Below, piece after piece: positions 19,201-29,546 of a stretch of DNA of 64,000 bases. A model generated the notes under the pieces. That model had not been told where the DNA came from. It made no database searches and saw nothing but the letters and a program-made list of their open reading frames with translations. Made by a program: the position numbers and the translations under genes. Source of the stretch: Bacteroidales bacterium (GTDB taxonomy: Bacteria > Bacteroidota > Bacteroidia > Bacteroidales > UBA10428); contig DATGXG010000019.1 in the NCBI GenBank assembly GCA_035299085.1, forward strand, positions 78,783 through 142,782, given 5' to 3'. Each line of letters opens with the position of its first letter. Position 1 is the first letter of the stretch.

Positions 19201-21552
19201 ATGAAAACCGCTACAATATTAGCATTTCTACTGGTCACCGGAATTTTCTCACAAAACATTTCTGCACAAAATGCCCGCCAGTATTATAAAACAGGGCTTA
19301 CTTTCGTAGAGGCAAAGAACCACAGGGATGCAATAGCCCAGTTTACAAAAGCGATTGAAATCGATCCGGAATACGCACAAGCGTATGTTGAAAGGTCCAG
19401 GTCATACGAGGCAATCAATGATCTTCAGAATGCCGCCGATGATTTGAAGAGGGCGCTTACCTTCGAACAGAAGGAACCCGAAATCTATTATGATGCCGCC
19501 AGACTGAATTACCAGCTTGGAAATCACCAGGCAGCCCTTGAACTGATCAATAAATGCCTTTCGATGGAAAAGAAATCCGAAGTGGCCCACCGGTTGCTGG
19601 CCCGCATCCAGATGGCACTTGAAGATTATTCCAATTCACTGGTTACGATCAACAAAGCCATCGAACTAAAGGATAATGCAGAAAACAACTTCTACCGTGG
19701 TGTTCTTTCAGAGAAAATGAAAAACTACAACCAGGCAGAGATAGATTATAAATCAGCCATTTCAAAAAAACCTGACTATACAGAAGCCCTTCTTTCGCTG
19801 GCTTCACTTAAACTTATGCTGAACAAACCGCAGGAAGCTCTTGAATACTGCAACACTGTTATTGCAAAGGACCCCAATCATAAAGAGGCACTACTGATTC
19901 GCAGCCGTATACATGCAAAGCTCACAGAATACCCTGCCGCTATTGATGACTTGTCAAAGATTCTATACAACAACCCTGATGATAAGCAAATGTATGTTGT
20001 AAGGGGTAATTATTACCAGGAATTCACCCAACACCAACAAGCGATCAATGATTTTTCAAAGGCGCTTTTGCTTGATCCCAAATATTCGGAAGCCATATAT
20101 AAAAGAGCATACTCGTACGAGCAGGTAGGAGATTTCAAATCGGCCATAAAGGACTATGAATCGCTGACCACTTTATCGTCAGAGGACCTTGTTGCGCAGC
20201 AGCATCTGAATAATGCACGCAAAAGGCTCTTTGAACTCAACCGGGAATCGGTAGCTCCGAAAGTATCACTTATCGAACCACAGGTTTTCAACGATTCCAC
20301 TTTGAAAATTGCCAGGAATAAAATTTCAGTGTCGTTACGGGGAAGAATTTCAGATCAGAGTGAGATCAGTAAAGTTACAGTAAACAAGAGACCGGTTAAT
20401 ATCTTCAAATCTGGTGAAAACTACGAATTTACAGCGGATATTGAAATTAATCTGTCAGACGTGATAATTATTCAGGCAATTGATGTGTATGATAATATCC
20501 GAACGGTCAACTACAGTATTACCCGCACTGAAATTGATCCTCCAGTCATATCCATTCTTGCACCGTATGCTTCGGATAATGGCGAGATTTACCTCGATAC
20601 GGACAATTCGAACCTATATGTGGAAGGCACAATCAGCGATGAAAGCACAATCAAATCAATCCTGATTGACGGCGTTGCTGCCAGTTTCACACTCGATGAC
20701 CTGAATCCCCGGTTCACTGCAACCATTAACATTGCCAATAAAAACAAATTCAACGTTACCGCAACGGATATTTACGGGAACGATACAATTGAAACATTTA
20801 CACTGAACCGCGAAGGTGTATCCTTGCTTGAAGCCAATCCGATGGGCCGTACATGGGTTGTTTTTATTGAAAATTCAAACTATGAGACGTTCCCAAGCCT
20901 TGACGGACCTTCGAAGGATGTTACCCTGATGCGCTCTGCCCTTGCCCGCTATGACATTCAGAAGATCATACACAAGCAGGACATGACCAAAAAAGAAATG
21001 GAACGATTCTTTTCAATTGAGCTCAGGGATTTGCTCAGGAGCAACAAGGTAAATGCTTTGCTTGTTTGGTACGCTGGGCACGGCAAATTTTACAACGAAA
21101 CCGGATACTGGATACCGATAGATGCCAAACGCGACGACGAATTCACCTATTACAACCTCAACGCCCTCCGGGCATCATTGCAGTCGTACACATCGTACAT
21201 CACTCATGATCTTGTTGTGACTGATGCGTGCGAGTCGGGCCCGACCTTTTACCAGGCCATGCGAGAAACACCAAAGGAAAGAAACTGCAACGACTGGGAA
21301 GCAGTGAAATTCAAATCATCACAGGTATTTTCTTCCGCCGGTTATGAGCTGGCTGTTGATAATTCGCAGTTTACGAAAACTTTTGCCAATACACTGGCTA
21401 ACAATCCGAATGCCTGTCTTCCAATCGAATCCATTGTGAATAAGGTCACAATGGCCGTTACACAGAGCAACCAGCAGAAACCAAAATTCGGTAAGATCAC
21501 AGGACTTGAAGATGAAGACGGAACGTTCTTCTTCATGTCGAAAAACAAGTAA
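19201..21552 (+). CDS. Secreted TPR-repeat protein with a C-terminal caspase-like (peptidase C14) domain
   Basis: Signal peptide, about 9 TPR units (aa 25-330), two Ig-like repeats, and then a caspase dyad context: WYAGHG (His codon 21079-21081) and TDACESG (Cys codon 21229-21231). Confidence 0.75.
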   Translation: MKTATILAFLLVTGIFSQNISAQNARQYYKTGLTFVEAKNHRDAIAQFTKAIEIDPEYAQAYVERSRSYEAINDLQNAADDLKRALTFEQKEPEIYYDAARLNYQLGNHQAALELINKCLSMEKKSEVAHRLLARIQMALEDYSNSLVTINKAIELKDNAENNFYRGVLSEKMKNYNQAEIDYKSAISKKPDYTEALLSLASLKLMLNKPQEALEYCNTVIAKDPNHKEALLIRSRIHAKLTEYPAAIDDLSKILYNNPDDKQMYVVRGNYYQEFTQHQQAINDFSKALLLDPKYSEAIYKRAYSYEQVGDFKSAIKDYESLTTLSSEDLVAQQHLNNARKRLFELNRESVAPKVSLIEPQVFNDSTLKIARNKISVSLRGRISDQSEISKVTVNKRPVNIFKSGENYEFTADIEINLSDVIIIQAIDVYDNIRTVNYSITRTEIDPPVISILAPYASDNGEIYLDTDNSNLYVEGTISDESTIKSILIDGVAASFTLDDLNPRFTATINIANKNKFNVTATDIYGNDTIETFTLNREGVSLLEANPMGRTWVVFIENSNYETFPSLDGPSKDVTLMRSALARYDIQKIIHKQDMTKKEMERFFSIELRDLLRSNKVNALLVWYAGHGKFYNETGYWIPIDAKRDDEFTYYNLNALRASLQSYTSYITHDLVVTDACESGPTFYQAMRETPKERNCNDWEAVKFKSSQVFSSAGYELAVDNSQFTKTFANTLANNPNACLPIESIVNKVTMAVTQSNQQKPKFGKITGLEDEDGTFFFMSKNK

Positions 21553-21566
21553 CAGGGATTGTTCCG

Positions 21567-24500
21567 ATGATGCCAATGGTTATATTACAGGTCAAACGGC
21601 TGCCTTTACTGATTATTGCAGCGGTTTCTGGCATCGCAGGATCCGCACAGACGTACTTTTTCGATAATTACAGCACCCAGCAGGAATTTGAATCCAAAGT
21701 ATACTGCATTGTTCAGGATCGCCAGCATTATGTGTGGCTTGGCACACCGGCAGGTTTATGGAGGTATGAGGGAAAAACTTTTACAAATGAATCACAGGCA
21801 AAAGGATTGCCTGATGGCAGTGTAAGAGCCCTATTTATCGACGACAATCAGAACCTCTGGATCGGCTATGAAGGAGGCGGTATTTTCAGGAAAACAGGAA
21901 CCCGCTATGAACGTATTGCATCCCTCGATTCTGTTCTTAAATCAAATATTACTTCGATCAATGAAGATAAAGACAAGAGGCTCTGGATCACCTCAGAATC
22001 CGACGGTGCCCTTGTTATTGAGAATCCAGGTGCGCCTGTAAAAACACTGAAATATGAGCATTTTCTGAAAGGCAAAAGCCTGGGTGACCAGGTTTTCAAC
22101 AGCACGGTTACATCCAACGGGAATCTCTATTTCATAACGAATATTGGCATCAAAAAATACAATAAGGAGGGACATAGGTTTGAAGTATTTAAGCCTACCG
22201 GCTTATCCACGTATTTCAGCATCTCCGTCTTTTATGAAGACAGTAAGGGCAATCTGTGGTTTGGTACCTATAACGGCGGTTTATCCAAAATGGACGCCCG
22301 GGATAAATCATTTACTTATTACGACACAGGTGACGGCCTGGCTTCGAATTGGATCACGGCCATTACCGAGGATAAATCAGGAAACATCTGGATCGGCCAC
22401 TGGAAGGACAATGTAAATACCGGGGGAATATCCCGGATTGATCCTAAAGGTAACATACAGGTCTTTAACACCGGCAACGGTCTGCACGATGACCATATAT
22501 GGTGCATTACGGAGGACCATGAAGGAAATCTGCTGATAGGAACCACTGATATGGGACTTGAAATTTTCAAGGGTGAAAAATTCGTCAGCTACATGAACAC
22601 CCCCGGTGTGATAGGTAACCAGGTGAATGCCATTATAGAAAGTACACCGGGTGACATATGGTTCGGCACAAACCAGGGCATATCGGAATTTCACCGTGAG
22701 AAAGACAGGGCCACAGTAACGCAGATAAACCAGTCGAATCACTTTATCAGCAACCAGATACGATTCTTTAAGAAAGACAATAACGGAAATATTTGGATTG
22801 GCACCGGCGACGAAGGCGTGCTGCTTTATAACACCCGGAAACGCCAGTTCATATCGCAACCCGGCATCAATAGTTACATACCCTATTACCAGGTTCTTAC
22901 TAAAGGAATTACAGCACTCGAAATTACAAATGACGGGCACTTATGGATAGGAACCATTGAGGGGCTTGTTGAATTCGATATTAACAATAACCGGTATGTG
23001 GCCACTTATACCCAGGGTAACGGAATTGCAGGCAATGAAATAAGCGCTCTTTACGCGGATACGAAGGGTTTGCTGTGGGTAGGTTCAGGCAAGAACAAAG
23101 GCCTTGCCCTGTTGAAGGACAGAAAATTCACAATTATCAAGCGACTTGGAGAGATCAGCCCATCCTGCATTACGGAAGACAGGTCAGGAAATATCTGGAT
23201 AGGCACCGATTCTAAAGGCATTTATGTGCTGAAAGAGAGTACCGTGATTCATTACGGTATAGTCAACGGACTGCTTTCGAACCATATTAACCTGCTTTGC
23301 TGTGATGAGCACGACAATATATTTGCCGGTTCAAACCTGGGACTAAATAAGATTGATCAGCGAAACCAGAAAATCATTTCCTATACACGCAAACTCGGCT
23401 TTACGGGCATTGAAACCAAACCAAATGCCTGGTTTGCCGATGACAGGGGTTATATGTGGATAGGAACAGCCAATGGTGCTATGCGGTGCGACAGCCGGTT
23501 GCTTGCTGAAGAGGATACCATAAAGCCCGGTATCCGGATAACCGGAATTCTTATGAAAGGCGCTTCACTTGATAGCAGCAGCACAAGACGATTTTCAAGC
23601 ACTGAAAATGATTTCACTTTTAACTATGCCAGCATCAGCTTTGCCAATCCCGAAGGCATTACCTACCAGGTTTTATTACAGGGATATGATGAAAAATGGC
23701 AGGATGTAAAGAATGAAACCAGGAAAATCTACAATAAACTGGCTCCGGGACGCTATATCTTTAAGGTAAGAGCAAAAAATGAATACGGGGAATGGACCCT
23801 GAAACCTGCCGAATATAGTTTCCGAATCCTGGCGCCTTTTTACAAACGGGGGTATTTTATCATTTCAGTCGTTCTGATCATACTGGCTTTCATTATCGTT
23901 TATATTAAAATTCGTGAAAGGAATCTTATCCAGGAAAAACGGGTTCTTGAAGCCAGGGTCAATGAAAGAACCCAGGCCCTTCAGGAAGCCAACCTTTTGC
24001 TTTCGATGAAGAACAAGGATATTCTCGACAGTATCACGTATGCCAAACGGATCCAGTTGGCCATTCTTCCGACAGAGATCCTGTTCGAGAAGACCTTTAT
24101 TCTTTACAAGCCCAAGGATATCGTTAGCGGTGATTTTTACTGGATGAATGTGGCAGGCGGTAAAGAATTTGCCGCAGCCGTTGATTGCACAGGCCATGGA
24201 GTACCGGGTGCTTTTATGTCGTTCATCGGGTTTACCTCACTGAACAAGATCATCATTGAGCAGGGAATCTATAATCCTGCGGCAATACTCGACAGGCTGA
24301 ATATTGAAGTTGCTGTAACCCTTCATCAGAAAGGTGAAGCTATTGTCAATGACGGTATGGATATTTCATTAATATGTTATTCCCCCGATACCGGAATCCT
24401 TGAATTTTCAGGTGCTTTTAACTCGCTCGTCATTATCAGAAACAAGGAATTGATCGAAATTAAGGCCGACCGGTTTGCCATCGGCCGCTCTACCGGTAAT

Positions 24501-24755
24501 GAAAAAAACTTTACCAATCATACATTCAAGGTTGAAAAAGGCGATTCGGTGTATATGTTCTCCGACGGTTATGCCGACCAGTTCGGCGGCCCCGACGGGA
24601 AGAAATTCAAAACATCGACTCTTAAGGAGCTTCTCCGTAATATAAGCGAATCCGATACGGAAACCCGGTTAAAAATTCTTGACTCTGCTTTTGAGAACTG
24701 GAAAGGTAACGGAGAGCAAATAGATGATGTGCTTGTTTTCGGACGCCAGTTTTAA
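21567..24755 (+). CDS. Sensor protein: two-component-regulator beta-propeller repeats + Y_Y_Y domain + TM helix + coiled coil + SpoIIE/PP2C phosphatase domain
   Basis: Many (D/E)xxGNLWIGT repeats. Y_Y_Y-like YQVLLQGYDEKWQ...GRYIFKVRAKNEYGEW. TM helix FIISVVLIILAFIIVYI. C-terminal SGDFYW...DCTGHGVPGA...FSDGYADQ PP2C motifs. Confidence 0.8.
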   Translation: MMPMVILQVKRLPLLIIAAVSGIAGSAQTYFFDNYSTQQEFESKVYCIVQDRQHYVWLGTPAGLWRYEGKTFTNESQAKGLPDGSVRALFIDDNQNLWIGYEGGGIFRKTGTRYERIASLDSVLKSNITSINEDKDKRLWITSESDGALVIENPGAPVKTLKYEHFLKGKSLGDQVFNSTVTSNGNLYFITNIGIKKYNKEGHRFEVFKPTGLSTYFSISVFYEDSKGNLWFGTYNGGLSKMDARDKSFTYYDTGDGLASNWITAITEDKSGNIWIGHWKDNVNTGGISRIDPKGNIQVFNTGNGLHDDHIWCITEDHEGNLLIGTTDMGLEIFKGEKFVSYMNTPGVIGNQVNAIIESTPGDIWFGTNQGISEFHREKDRATVTQINQSNHFISNQIRFFKKDNNGNIWIGTGDEGVLLYNTRKRQFISQPGINSYIPYYQVLTKGITALEITNDGHLWIGTIEGLVEFDINNNRYVATYTQGNGIAGNEISALYADTKGLLWVGSGKNKGLALLKDRKFTIIKRLGEISPSCITEDRSGNIWIGTDSKGIYVLKESTVIHYGIVNGLLSNHINLLCCDEHDNIFAGSNLGLNKIDQRNQKIISYTRKLGFTGIETKPNAWFADDRGYMWIGTANGAMRCDSRLLAEEDTIKPGIRITGILMKGASLDSSSTRRFSSTENDFTFNYASISFANPEGITYQVLLQGYDEKWQDVKNETRKIYNKLAPGRYIFKVRAKNEYGEWTLKPAEYSFRILAPFYKRGYFIISVVLIILAFIIVYIKIRERNLIQEKRVLEARVNERTQALQEANLLLSMKNKDILDSITYAKRIQLAILPTEILFEKTFILYKPKDIVSGDFYWMNVAGGKEFAAAVDCTGHGVPGAFMSFIGFTSLNKIIIEQGIYNPAAILDRLNIEVAVTLHQKGEAIVNDGMDISLICYSPDTGILEFSGAFNSLVIIRNKELIEIKADRFAIGRSTGNEKNFTNHTFKVEKGDSVYMFSDGYADQFGGPDGKKFKTSTLKELLRNISESDTETRLKILDSAFENWKGNGEQIDDVLVFGRQF

Positions 24756-26677
24756 CTTACTTTGGAAAGAACCCTCCGAGGGATCATAGATTTAATGGCT
24801 TCATAGATGCTGTCGGCATCAAACCCGCATTCTTTATAGAGTTCCTGCTGGGTACCATGGTCCACAAAGGTATCGGGAACTCCCAGGCGTTTTACATTGG
24901 CCTGGTAACCGTTGTCGTTCATGAATTCGATCACCGCGCTTCCAAATCCGCCTGCAAGCACGCCGTCTTCAACGGTGACAATATTTTTAAAAGTGCGGAA
25001 TATACTGTGCAGGCATTCTGTATCCAGTGGTTTCACAAATCGCATATCCCAGTGTTCCGCTTCAATATTCTCGCTATCAAGACGGTCAAGTGCATCGCTG
25101 GTTAGGTTTCCGGCGTTCCCGACAGTCAGTACGGCTACTTCCTTCCCCGGTCTGATCATTCTTGCCTTACCTATTTCGATTTCACGGAAAGGCATCTGCC
25201 ACTCATTATTCCGGCCTCTTCCCCGTGGATACCGGATAGCAAAAGGACCCTGATTTTTAAGCTGGCTGGTATAAAGCATATTCCTCAAATCCTGTTCATC
25301 CATGGGAGCTGCAACAATCATATTGGGTATGGAGCGCAGGTAGGCTAAATCGAAAATGCCCTGGTGGGTGGCGCCGTCGGCACCCACAATCCCTCCACGG
25401 TCGATACAGAAAACAACAGGAAGTTTCTGAAGGGCCACATCATGAATTACCTGGTCATAAGCCCTTTGAAGAAAGGATGAATAGATATTGCAATACGGAA
25501 TAATTCCCCGGGCGGCAAGTCCGGCCGAAAATGTGACTGCATGCTGTTCGGCAATACCCACATCGAAAGCTCGGTCAGGCATCTCGTCCATAAGAAATTT
25601 CAATGAGCATCCCGAAATCATTGCAGGTGTAATGCCCACAATCTTATCATTCATCCTTGCCAGTTCGAGGAGTGTAATTCCGAATACATCCTGGTAAAGT
25701 GGCGGTTCGTGCCCATCTGATGCCGAAGGCACCAGTGCACCGGTGTTCCTGTCGAACTTACCGGGAGCGTGATATACTGTCTGATTCATCTCGGCCAGGG
25801 GGAATCCTTTGCCTTTCACCGTCATCAGGTGAAGCAGTTTTGGACCGGGAATGCTCTTCATGTCCTCCAGAACTTCAGCCACATGCAGCACATCATTGCC
25901 GTCGATAGGACCGAAATACCTGAAATTAAACGATTCAAAAAGATTACTCTGGTGCATGAGAATCGACTTCAGCCCGTTTTCGAGCTTCTGTGCATATTCT
26001 CTTGCATGAGGTGCTATTTTATTGATCTTGCCGAACAGGTGCCAGAGATCACTTTTAACCCGGTTGTAGGTGCGTGACGTAGTGATGTCGGTAAGGTATT
26101 CCTTGAGGGCGCCAGTGCCTGGATCGATTGAAATATTATTATCATTGAGAATGACAAGAAGATCGGTCTTTTCCATTCCGGCATTGTTCAATCCTTCGAA
26201 AGCCATTCCTCCTGTCATGGAGCCATCGCCGATTATGGCCACCACATTACGTTTTATGCCCTGCAGGCGGTCGGCAACAGCCAGTCCAAGTGCTGCCGAA
26301 ATTGAAGTGGATGAATGGCCTGTGCCGAAAGCATCATATTCGCTTTCGCTCATCCTCGGAAATCCGCTGATCCCCTTGTACTGTCTGTTAGTGTGGAAGT
26401 TTTCCCTTCGTCCGGTCAGAATTTTATGGCCGTATGCCTGGTGACCGACATCCCAGATCAGCGCATCATGCGGCGTATTGTAAACGTAATGAAGTGCAAC
26501 AGTAAGTTCCACAACACCAAGGTTTGCACCAAGATGACCCGGATTGGAAGCACAGGCATCAATTATAAACTGGCGCAGTTCATCGCAAACCTGCGGAAGC
26601 TTTTCTTTTTCGAGTGTTCGCAGGTCTGACGGGTATTTGATCTGGTTAAGTAGCAGTGATTCCCTGTTATCTTCCAT
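24752..26677 (-). CDS. dxs: 1-deoxy-D-xylulose-5-phosphate synthase
   Basis: 641 aa with the ThDP motif IIGDGSMTGGMAFEGLNNAG and conservation throughout. Confidence 0.95.
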   Translation of the reverse strand: MEDNRESLLLNQIKYPSDLRTLEKEKLPQVCDELRQFIIDACASNPGHLGANLGVVELTVALHYVYNTPHDALIWDVGHQAYGHKILTGRRENFHTNRQYKGISGFPRMSESEYDAFGTGHSSTSISAALGLAVADRLQGIKRNVVAIIGDGSMTGGMAFEGLNNAGMEKTDLLVILNDNNISIDPGTGALKEYLTDITTSRTYNRVKSDLWHLFGKINKIAPHAREYAQKLENGLKSILMHQSNLFESFNFRYFGPIDGNDVLHVAEVLEDMKSIPGPKLLHLMTVKGKGFPLAEMNQTVYHAPGKFDRNTGALVPSASDGHEPPLYQDVFGITLLELARMNDKIVGITPAMISGCSLKFLMDEMPDRAFDVGIAEQHAVTFSAGLAARGIIPYCNIYSSFLQRAYDQVIHDVALQKLPVVFCIDRGGIVGADGATHQGIFDLAYLRSIPNMIVAAPMDEQDLRNMLYTSQLKNQGPFAIRYPRGRGRNNEWQMPFREIEIGKARMIRPGKEVAVLTVGNAGNLTSDALDRLDSENIEAEHWDMRFVKPLDTECLHSIFRTFKNIVTVEDGVLAGGFGSAVIEFMNDNGYQANVKRLGVPDTFVDHGTQQELYKECGFDADSIYEAIKSMIPRRVLSKVS

Positions 26678-26810
26678 CTTAAGGAAATGTCAGCCTTTAA
26701 AAGGGTTGTGGTTACAGTTAGTTTTCAAGGTCTCAAAGTTAATAATTAATTGGTTATTTAACTTGATATTGTGGCTGTGCGTAGTAATTTAGGCTTGTTT
26801 TAATGTAGAA

Positions 26811-27809
26811 TTGAATATGAGGAAAATTTCGTGTTTCTGTGTAGTGGCGCTCATTGCCTTTTCATGTGTTCCGCCTTCGAAATTCAAGGCTTTGCAAAAA
26901 GTTAATGTGAATTGTGAGCAGGAAAGAGATGATCTGAAAGCTGCCAATGAAAAACTTACTGTTGATAATACCGAATTAAATGCACGCCTCCTGAGGGCAG
27001 ATAAACAGCTTGCAAAAGCGGGTGAGGATACTGTAAGGTGGCAGGATGAAGTGACTCGCCTTTCCAGGGAAAACATGATGCTTTCAAGGGATTACAACGA
27101 TCTTCAGCAGGCACAGCAGGCTTTGGCAAAAGGCAGTGAAACAGAGATTAAACGGTTAATGAATGAATTGCAGGCTTCGCAGAAAGATCTCCAGCAGAGA
27201 GAAGCCGACCTGAATAAGCTTTCCGCTGACGTAAATGCACGTAAAACGGAGCTTGACAGGGTTCAAAAGGAACTTGATCAGCGAAACCAGCGACTGACTG
27301 AACTTGAGAAAGGGTTGGAGGAACAGCAGGCATCTGTGGCCGAATTACGTAAGAAGGTTTCTGATGCCCTGCTTGGTTTTGAGAACCAGGGTCTGACGGT
27401 GACTCAGAAAAACGGTAAGGTATATGTTTCTCTTGAGGAGAAGCTCCTGTTTAAAAGCGGAAGTACCGTGGTAGATCCCAAAGGCATTACCGCTCTTAAA
27501 AAGCTTGCGGGAGTGCTTGAACAAAATCAGGATATCAATGTCATGATTGAAGGGCATACGGATGATGTGCCGGTAATTGCCGGTTCAAACTATAAAGATA
27601 ACTGGGACCTGAGCGTTTTACGGGCTACAAGCATCGTGCGTATTTTACTTGACGGAACAGGGATTAACCCGAAACGACTGACAACAGCAGGCAGAAGCCA
27701 GTATTTACCAGTTGATCCGGCAAAAACCGCAGAAGCCCGTCAGAAGAACAGGCGAACAGAAATTATCCTTTCACCGAACCTTGAAGAACTCTATAAGTTA
27801 GTAGAATAG
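26811..27809 (+). CDS. OmpA/MotB-domain lipoprotein with a long coiled coil
   Basis: Lipobox (LIAFSC), heptad-rich central region, and a C-terminal OmpA-like domain (GHTDDVP...NWDLSVLRA...NRRTEIIL). Confidence 0.8.
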   Translation: MNMRKISCFCVVALIAFSCVPPSKFKALQKVNVNCEQERDDLKAANEKLTVDNTELNARLLRADKQLAKAGEDTVRWQDEVTRLSRENMMLSRDYNDLQQAQQALAKGSETEIKRLMNELQASQKDLQQREADLNKLSADVNARKTELDRVQKELDQRNQRLTELEKGLEEQQASVAELRKKVSDALLGFENQGLTVTQKNGKVYVSLEEKLLFKSGSTVVDPKGITALKKLAGVLEQNQDINVMIEGHTDDVPVIAGSNYKDNWDLSVLRATSIVRILLDGTGINPKRLTTAGRSQYLPVDPAKTAEARQKNRRTEIILSPNLEELYKLVE

Positions 27810-27880
27810 GATTTTCATAACATTTGGCATTTTAAAATCAATATTTTAAATTTGTTACCGTTACTCAAAACCGCTTAACA

Positions 27881-28444
27881 ATGGAAGAAGAAGCACGCTT
27901 TTGTGTCGAAATGGCGCAGGAAAAAATGGATAAGGCTATAAAACATCTCGAGGATGAACTTGTGCATGTCCGCGCCGGTAAAGCAACTCCTGCAATTCTC
28001 GACGGTATAACCGTGGATTACTACGGGGCTGTGACACCGCTTGCCCAGGTATCCAATATCGGAACACCTGATCCGAAAACCATTGTTATACAGCCCTGGG
28101 ATAAATCAATGCTACAGGTAATTGAGAAAGCCATTTTGTATGCCAATATTGGTTTGACTCCCAATAATAACGGCGAGATCATCCGACTGAACATACCTCC
28201 GCTTACCGAAGAACGCCGCAGGAACCTTGTAAAACAGGTTAAAACAATGGGCGAAAATACAAAGGTAAGTATCCGCAATGCACGCCGTGATGCCAATGAA
28301 GAACTGAAGAAACTTCAGAAAAACGGATTGCCCGAGGATGTGGAAAAGGAATGTTTTGATGAAGTGCAGCAGGAGACCGACTCCTCAATTGCCAAGGTTG
28401 ATGTGATCGTTACCGCCAAGGAGAAGGATATTATGACGGTTTAG
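27881..28444 (+). CDS. frr: Ribosome recycling factor
   Basis: 187 aa, conserved throughout (VRAGKATPAILDGI...IRNARRDANEELKK). Confidence 0.95.
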   Translation: MEEEARFCVEMAQEKMDKAIKHLEDELVHVRAGKATPAILDGITVDYYGAVTPLAQVSNIGTPDPKTIVIQPWDKSMLQVIEKAILYANIGLTPNNNGEIIRLNIPPLTEERRRNLVKQVKTMGENTKVSIRNARRDANEELKKLQKNGLPEDVEKECFDEVQQETDSSIAKVDVIVTAKEKDIMTV

Positions 28445-28544
28445 TGTCACCCTGAGCGGAGTCGAAGGGTTTTCGCTTCGCAAGCTCAGCGACCAGATTT
28501 TTTAAATAACAGGCATGCCTTCGGCAAGCTCAGTCATGCCGCTC

Positions 28545-28623
28545 AATATCCAGTATCAAGTATCAAGTATCCAATATCCAGCATCTGATACCAGTCACCA
28601 TTCACTAATCACTAATCACTACA
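28545..28623. repeat. Heptamer microsatellites upstream of pyrH: 7x ARTATCM, then 3x CACTAAT-like
   Basis: AATATCC AGTATCA AGTATCA AGTATCC AATATCC AGCATCT GATACCA (28545-28593). CACTAAT CACTAAT CACTACA (28603-28623). Confidence 0.85.
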
Positions 28624-28625
28624 CC

Positions 28626-29339
28626 ATGTCACTCAAATACAAACGCGTACTGCTCAAACTCAGTGGTGAAGCCCTGATGGGAGATAAAAAATCAGGCCTG
28701 GACGAGGCAATCCTTGAGTCGTATTGCAGGCAGATAAAGGAGGTGCAGGACCTGGGAGCCGAAGTTGGAATCGTAATCGGGGGAGGAAATATTTTCAGGG
28801 GACTTTCAGGCCTGAAATCAGGATTTGATCGCGTGACAGGTGATTACATGGGTATGCTCGCTACCGTGATAAACGGACTGGCTTTGCAGACATTTATCGG
28901 ACAGGCAGGCGGTAAGGCACGGGTACTTACGGCAATTGAGATGCTTCCCGTTGCAGAACGGTATACAAAAACACTCTCAGAAACATTACTTTCCCAGGGC
29001 TATGCCCTGATCTTCACTTTTGGTACCGGTAACCCGTTTTTTACAACCGATACGGCGTCGGCATTAAGAGGGGTTGAAATAGAAGCCGAAGTAATTTTAA
29101 AAGGTACCCGGGTGGATGGTGTCTATACCGCCGATCCTGAAAAAGATCCTGCTGCTGTTAAATACAAGGATGTTACATTTGAGGAAGCTTACAACAAAGG
29201 TCTGAAAATAATGGACCTCACAGCTTTCACCATGTGCAGGGAAAACAATGTACCTATAATTGTTTTCGACATGAATACTCCCGGGAATCTTAAGAAGCTG
29301 CTGCAGGGCGAGGATGTGGGGACACTGATTCATAACTAA
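28626..29339 (+). CDS. pyrH: UMP kinase
   Basis: MSLKYKRVLLKLSGEAL start and GGGNIFRG motif. The tracked ORF's 37-codon N-terminal extension is repeat DNA. Confidence 0.95.
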   Translation: MSLKYKRVLLKLSGEALMGDKKSGLDEAILESYCRQIKEVQDLGAEVGIVIGGGNIFRGLSGLKSGFDRVTGDYMGMLATVINGLALQTFIGQAGGKARVLTAIEMLPVAERYTKTLSETLLSQGYALIFTFGTGNPFFTTDTASALRGVEIEAEVILKGTRVDGVYTADPEKDPAAVKYKDVTFEEAYNKGLKIMDLTAFTMCRENNVPIIVFDMNTPGNLKKLLQGEDVGTLIHN

Positions 29340-29456
29340 GAACATCCAGTATCACTCTTTGCGATGCCATGCCTGTGCGGGCAGATTGCTTCGTAGACAG
29401 GCAATCCGGTAATAATCAAAGATTTATCACGCTCCTCGCAATGACGAGCTTTTGCA

Positions 29457-29491
29457 GCATCCAGCATCCAGCATCCAGTATCCAGTATCTA
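29457..29491. repeat. Heptamer microsatellite downstream of pyrH: 5x GYATCYA
   Basis: GCATCCA GCATCCA GCATCCA GTATCCA GTATCTA. This is the same motif family as the upstream array, in the same orientation. Confidence 0.85.
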
Positions 29492-29493
29492 AT

Positions 29494-29526
29494 AAAAAAG
29501 CCGTTCCTTTTGAGAACGGCTTTTTT
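29494..29526. terminator. Bidirectional rho-independent terminator between convergent pyrH and tsf
   Basis: AAAAAAGCCGTTC-CTTTTGA-GAACGGCTTTTTT. The stem is flanked by an A-run and a T-run. Confidence 0.8.
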
Positions 29527-29546
29527 AATTTCAATTTATTAAATAA

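Noticed and set aside
24857-26792. Cluster of plus-strand ORFs inside dxs (for example 24912..25253, 26070..26444, 26315..26629)
   Set aside because: These are shadow ORFs of a conserved 641-aa gene, with Ser/Arg/Pro-rich nonsense-like translations.
28515-28625. 37-codon N-terminal extension of pyrH in the ORF track
   Set aside because: The extension is translated heptamer microsatellite DNA (QYQVSSIQYPAS...). The conserved UMP kinase N-terminus begins at the ATG at 28626.
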